DNA of 64,000 bases from Candidatus Latescibacterota bacterium (GTDB taxonomy: Bacteria; Latescibacterota; UBA2968): contig OZ241986.1 in assembly GCA_965204375.1 (NCBI GenBank), positions 4,064,001 to 4,128,000 of the forward strand, given 5' to 3'. The translations under genes were made by a program, and so were the position numbers. This document shows, in pieces, positions 59,962 through 64,000 of the stretch. The first letter of the stretch is position 1, and each line of letters opens with the position of its first letter. The notes below the pieces were generated by a model, which was given only the letters and a program-made list of their open reading frames with translations, was not told where the DNA came from and did no database searches.

Positions 59962-61044
59962 TTATCCCCCATCCGCATACGCCCGTGTAATATCGATAAT
60001 CAACGCGATATCATACCGCGCATCTTCCACGGGTGTGCGGCACGGCTCGCCATCTGTAATACACGCGTGAAAATGCCGAAGTTCTCGCACAAACGGACTC
60101 TCCCAATCAATCTCGGGACTGCGCGTACCGTGAGACCCATTGGCGTGGATCTCCAGCACATCGAGCGTTGACAAAATCCCCCGTGCAAAACCCGTGGGAT
60201 ACGACAGAATAACGCGCTTATCGTCCTTGTGGACCTCGAGCGTCTCCTTAAAATGCCACAAATCGGGCAAATCGATCCACGTAGCCACACACCGCGCCCC
60301 CGATGCATATTGCAAAATCGTCGTCATCGCCCGCCCGCCTTGCCACACCTCGGTACTCACCACGCGCGTCGGATTCCCCAGCATCAGACGCAAACCGTAC
60401 AAATCGTGAATCATACTCCCCGACAGCGTAAAAAACGCCCGCGCGACATCATCCGACACATCGCCCACCGCCTGTTTCAAAGCCGCCTGCCGCGCTTTGT
60501 TTCTCTCAACTGCCGCTTCGGGTGGCAAATCGTCAAAATAGGTCAACTCAAACTGCTTCAAATGCAAATTATTATTCGGATGCAAATGATTCACCTGCAC
60601 AAAACGCACATCGCCCGCAACCCCCACCTCCTCCCGTGCCAACTCATACGCCGGATCATAAACCTTCATATATCCCACCTGTCCCACTGTACCCGCTCGC
60701 TCTCTCGCAGCACATATCGCATCGACCTCCTCGAGCGAATAACACATCGGCTTCTCAATAAACACATGCTTGCCCGCCTCAAAAGCCGCCACCGCCAATT
60801 CCGTCTTCGGATCCGCATGGCACAAAATCACCGCATCCACATCCCGCGCCTGTAACAACTCCTGCGGATCCGTCGTAAAATTCGGCACGCCAAAAACCTC
60901 TGCCAGCCACCTCGCCAACCCCGGCGAAATATCGCACACCCACGTCACCTCATAAAGCGCGTGCAAAATCCCCAAATTCGGCATATGCTGCACCTGAGCA
61001 ATCGCCCCGCAACCAATAACTCCCATCCTGATTTTTGCCATCAC
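59962..61044 (-). CDS. Gfo/Idh/MocA family oxidoreductase
   Basis: GVIGCGAIA, GKHVFIEKP, HDL; AGGAGG RBS. Confidence 0.88.
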   Translation of the reverse strand: MMAKIRMGVIGCGAIAQVQHMPNLGILHALYEVTWVCDISPGLARWLAEVFGVPNFTTDPQELLQARDVDAVILCHADPKTELAVAAFEAGKHVFIEKPMCYSLEEVDAICAARERAGTVGQVGYMKVYDPAYELAREEVGVAGDVRFVQVNHLHPNNNLHLKQFELTYFDDLPPEAAVERNKARQAALKQAVGDVSDDVARAFFTLSGSMIHDLYGLRLMLGNPTRVVSTEVWQGGRAMTTILQYASGARCVATWIDLPDLWHFKETLEVHKDDKRVILSYPTGFARGILSTLDVLEIHANGSHGTRSPEIDWESPFVRELRHFHACITDGEPCRTPVEDARYDIALIIDITRAYADGG

Positions 61045-61052
61045 ATCCTCCT

Positions 61053-61252
61053 GAGAAGCAAGTTAGAAGGAAGAAGTGAGAAGTGAGAAGGCCCCGCCCA
61101 ACCCTTCTCACGTCTCACATTTTGCGTTTCACCTGCCTTTCCTACTTCACACTTCCTACTTCACACTTCCTACTTCACACTTCCTACTTCACACTTCCTA
61201 CTTCACACTTCCTACTTCACACTTCCTACTTCACACTTCCTACTTCACACTT
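61053..61252. repeat. heptamer-based repeat element: (CCTACTTCACACTT)x8 plus inverted AAGTGAG arm
   Basis: 8 perfect 14-mers at 61141-61252; complementary purine arm at about 61060-61091. Confidence 0.9.
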
Positions 61253-61837
61253 CTATATGTTTTCCACCACAGCCGCAACCCCGGCAACCACACCTGTCCG
61301 AATCGTCTCCAACGCCATACTCGGCTGCGACCTGCCCAGTTCTGTAACAAGCTCCGGCGTAGGCGGCACATGAATAAACCCCGCAGGCAAATCATCCTCA
61401 GCAACCAGATGCAACACAGAATACATAATATGATTGCACAAAAACGTACCCGCCGAATACGTCAACCGCGCCGGCACCCCGGCATCCGCCATCCGCTGAA
61501 TCATAGCTCGGGTCGGCAACGTGGAAAAATAGGCATTCGGACCCCCTTCAACAATAGGATAATCAACCCCATCTATCACCTTCAAATTAATCCCAACGCG
61601 CTCGACATGCAGCGCAGACGCAGAACCGTGCAACCCCAAACACACCACCGCCACCGGCTCGTGCGCTGCAATCAGCGGAGCAACCCGATCAATATCCGCC
61701 CCGTGAACAACCGGTAACACAGCAGAAACAACCTCGCATCCCGCAATCGAAGACCCATTTAGAGACTCCGCCACAGTACCCGATGGATTGGACGACCACT
61801 CCGCCCAGGGTTCAAAACCCGTCAGTAAAATCTTCAC
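61253..61837 (-). CDS. pcp: pyroglutamyl-peptidase I
   Basis: ILLTGFEP, NPS, VER, SAGTFLCN, GFIHVP; GTGA overlap with the upstream gene. Confidence 0.92.
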   Translation of the reverse strand: MKILLTGFEPWAEWSSNPSGTVAESLNGSSIAGCEVVSAVLPVVHGADIDRVAPLIAAHEPVAVVCLGLHGSASALHVERVGINLKVIDGVDYPIVEGGPNAYFSTLPTRAMIQRMADAGVPARLTYSAGTFLCNHIMYSVLHLVAEDDLPAGFIHVPPTPELVTELGRSQPSMALETIRTGVVAGVAAVVENI

Positions 61838-63894
61838 GCGCCCTCCTCCGCTGTAATACAAGAAACCACACGCCCCCCCGTAATCTTGACACCCGCGCAC
61901 TGGACAGCTTCGATGGTAACATCCCCCTTATCCCAGACAACAGTACCCGTCCCCATCGCTTCGATATGGGCCTCACCTCCCGGCACCGTCAGCGTCAGCG
62001 GCTCTGGCTCCACCCCATAAAAAGCCGCCACATAGCGGTCGGTCTGAGAACATGCAAAAAGCCATGCGGGCTGTCTGCCGCAGATCAGCGTAGCATTCTC
62101 AACCGAAATCTCGCCCGCACTGCTTTGACGGGCGACCGGCGACTCGAGCGCGGGCCAGCCCAGAACACCCTTGTGAGTCCAGCGCTTCTGCAGAACCCAC
62201 GCCAGCAAATCGATCTCAATCCCGAGACGCTCCCCATCCCGGGTATATTCCACAGACCACGGCCGCGTCCTCCCCGCATCATAAGTCACAGGCGGCGCAG
62301 CATCATCCTTAAGAGCACCGCCAGCAACCACCCGCACAAAAGACTGCACATCGGGATAATCCGAACGCTCAACCATCTCCGCGAAAAAACCGCACCGGGG
62401 CTTACCCTGAAAAAAAGACCCGGGATGCCCCTGTTCCCAGAACGTCTTGGACGGACCGAGATAATTGTAGAGTTCGAGAAAAAGATGGGTATCGTATGCC
62501 ACCAGACGCAGAGGCGCATTGCGCCCCAGATCCGTACGCGCCAGCGGACGAATCGCGGAAAGAACGGGACCAATCGCAACACCAACCGTAGCACCTTCCG
62601 GAACATCGAACGGAAGGGACTCTACCTTCTCATCACCAACCCAAATCTCATCCACCAAACTGCGATCGTGCCAGCACACAACGGCTTTGGCACTGCTCCG
62701 CGGCGCCATTGCGCCCAGATCTTTCGGCGAATAGAGCACAATCGCCTGGGAACCATCCTGAACATTGTGACACTGCCCCTCCTCAAAAAGAATCTGATCA
62801 TTAGATCGCGCAGGCGTTGACCGAAACGAACCGAGCCAGTGGTCATCCAGCACATACCGGGAATAAAGAACACCCGGTTGACCCGTATCCGTCTTGTGAT
62901 GCGCGATAAAAACACTCGACTGCCCGGTAATAAAGCGATTCGTCTGACTGCGAAGCTCCTGAGACGAAACCCCCAGCGCAAACGAAGGACTGTGATACGT
63001 AGAGATCCCCACGCCATTCTGCGAATCCGCAGTCTCCGAAAGAAAAAACGTCTCCGGCCGGTAATCGAGTGCATCGGACAACCAGGCGGGCAAAAGACCC
63101 GTCTCAATATACGCACGAAAATCATCGATCTCCGGCGGCGACTGACAAAAAAGCGCGTGCCGGTACGCCCGGCTAAAAGGACCTGCCCAGCGACCCGTAG
63201 GCGGATGAATATGCAGCGCAGCGGAAAGGCCTATACGCGCGCACATCACCCTGGCACCAATGCGCGTGGGCTTGTGCTGGACAAGCTCACCCAGCCTGTG
63301 CAACACGCGCATCGCCACATTCGCGTAATTCGGACTATTAAACTCGTACGCACAGCCATTTCGAGTCGTAAAATCCATCCACGCCTGAAACTTCTGATAC
63401 CCCCGGCTCTTGAACCCTTCATCCTCAAGCAACTCTCCACCCAAACACGTATTGGTAATATCCTTAACCACAATATTCGTATAGCGAAAATGAACATCAA
63501 TCCGGCGAACCTCCTCCAGCCCCAGGCGAATACTCTGGCGAACGCGGTCTTGCAAACCCGCAGAAAGCGCATCCCCATAGTTAATCATCAACGGAATAAG
63601 CTGAAAAAGACAAAACTGCACCGCATTCAAATCTTCCACCACCTCGTCCTCGCGCTCCCAGAGAAAATTTCCCAAATGGGGATCGCCCTCGCGGGTCTCC
63701 TGGCATGCCAGCATCGCATCGAGAACCTTCTCAGCCAAATCGACATCCTCGCGCGCACCATTCGCCAGAAGATCGTTGGCAAACTCAGCCGCCAGACGCG
63801 GCGCGTGATACGTCTTGCCCTCCTCTTGTCGAGCCAGCATAAAAGTATCGGGATTAAAATTCGGGGGAAGTGGTAGGGGTTGAGCTTTAGACAT
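61834..63894 (-). CDS. hypothetical protein, possibly heparinase II/III-like (alpha-toroid plus beta-sandwich)
   Basis: 686 aa ORF with GGAG RBS; helical N-half with EFNSPNY and GPFSRAY; beta-rich C-half; fold assignment is inference. Confidence 0.5.
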   Translation of the reverse strand: MSKAQPLPLPPNFNPDTFMLARQEEGKTYHAPRLAAEFANDLLANGAREDVDLAEKVLDAMLACQETREGDPHLGNFLWEREDEVVEDLNAVQFCLFQLIPLMINYGDALSAGLQDRVRQSIRLGLEEVRRIDVHFRYTNIVVKDITNTCLGGELLEDEGFKSRGYQKFQAWMDFTTRNGCAYEFNSPNYANVAMRVLHRLGELVQHKPTRIGARVMCARIGLSAALHIHPPTGRWAGPFSRAYRHALFCQSPPEIDDFRAYIETGLLPAWLSDALDYRPETFFLSETADSQNGVGISTYHSPSFALGVSSQELRSQTNRFITGQSSVFIAHHKTDTGQPGVLYSRYVLDDHWLGSFRSTPARSNDQILFEEGQCHNVQDGSQAIVLYSPKDLGAMAPRSSAKAVVCWHDRSLVDEIWVGDEKVESLPFDVPEGATVGVAIGPVLSAIRPLARTDLGRNAPLRLVAYDTHLFLELYNYLGPSKTFWEQGHPGSFFQGKPRCGFFAEMVERSDYPDVQSFVRVVAGGALKDDAAPPVTYDAGRTRPWSVEYTRDGERLGIEIDLLAWVLQKRWTHKGVLGWPALESPVARQSSAGEISVENATLICGRQPAWLFACSQTDRYVAAFYGVEPEPLTLTVPGGEAHIEAMGTGTVVWDKGDVTIEAVQCAGVKITGGRVVSCITAEEGA

Positions 63895-63911
63895 AATGCA
63901 CTCCGATAGTA

Positions 63912-63940
63912 TTGACACTTCATTGAAAGATGTGTAAAAT
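63912..63940 (+). promoter_or_regulatory. sigma70-type promoter reading into the terminal repeat array
   Basis: TTGACA-N17-TAAAAT with extended TG. Confidence 0.65.
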
Positions 63941-63951
63941 GCGGTCAGAAA

Positions 63952-64000
63952 AAGTTAGAAGTTAGAAGTTAGAAGTTAGAAGTTAGAAGTTAGAAGTTAG
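63952..64000. repeat. heptamer tandem repeat (AAGTTAG)x7, runs off the window
   Basis: 7 perfect copies. Confidence 0.9.

Noticed and set aside
61141-61252. possible CRISPR array
   Set aside because: perfect tandem repeat with no spacers; no cas genes in the window
61076-61717. ORF with LHTSYFTLPTSHF repeats
   Set aside because: translation of the 14-mer tandem repeat running antisense into pcp

Overview
Bacterial chromosomal segment with about 50 genes, mostly housekeeping: fadD-like ligase, rnr, sodN, CIRCE-groES-groEL, pyrD, rlpA, hemE-hemH-hemY, glnA, glgC, glnD, rho-rpmE-prfA-prmC and secDF. Dockerin/EF-hand and FlgD/T9SS-like C-terminal domains plus a sialidase cluster suggest an FCB-superphylum organism such as Latescibacterota or Gemmatimonadota (inference only). 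Accessory pieces of note: (1) an island after groEL in which a soluble beta-propeller/Y_Y_Y sensor is fused directly to a sigma54 activator, upstream of a consensus sigma54 promoter driving a secreted HEXXH metallopeptidase; (2) a tandem pair of secreted, signalling-domain-free Cache-domain proteins with divergent ligand-binding parts and near-identical export tails; (3) a tnpB-only IS200/IS605-family element whose ends, TAM (TTTAT) and guide can be read because it splits an ABC permease gene; (4) a sigma54 promoter with paired enhancer sites driving PTS-IIA plus a second sigma70-family factor; (5) a small CP-motif protein coupled to a Bacillus-type hemEHY operon; (6) two families of intergenic heptamer and decamer repeat elements with conserved termini. 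No rRNA, intact tRNA or CRISPR array was seen. All calls rest on motif recognition by eye; no database searches were run.
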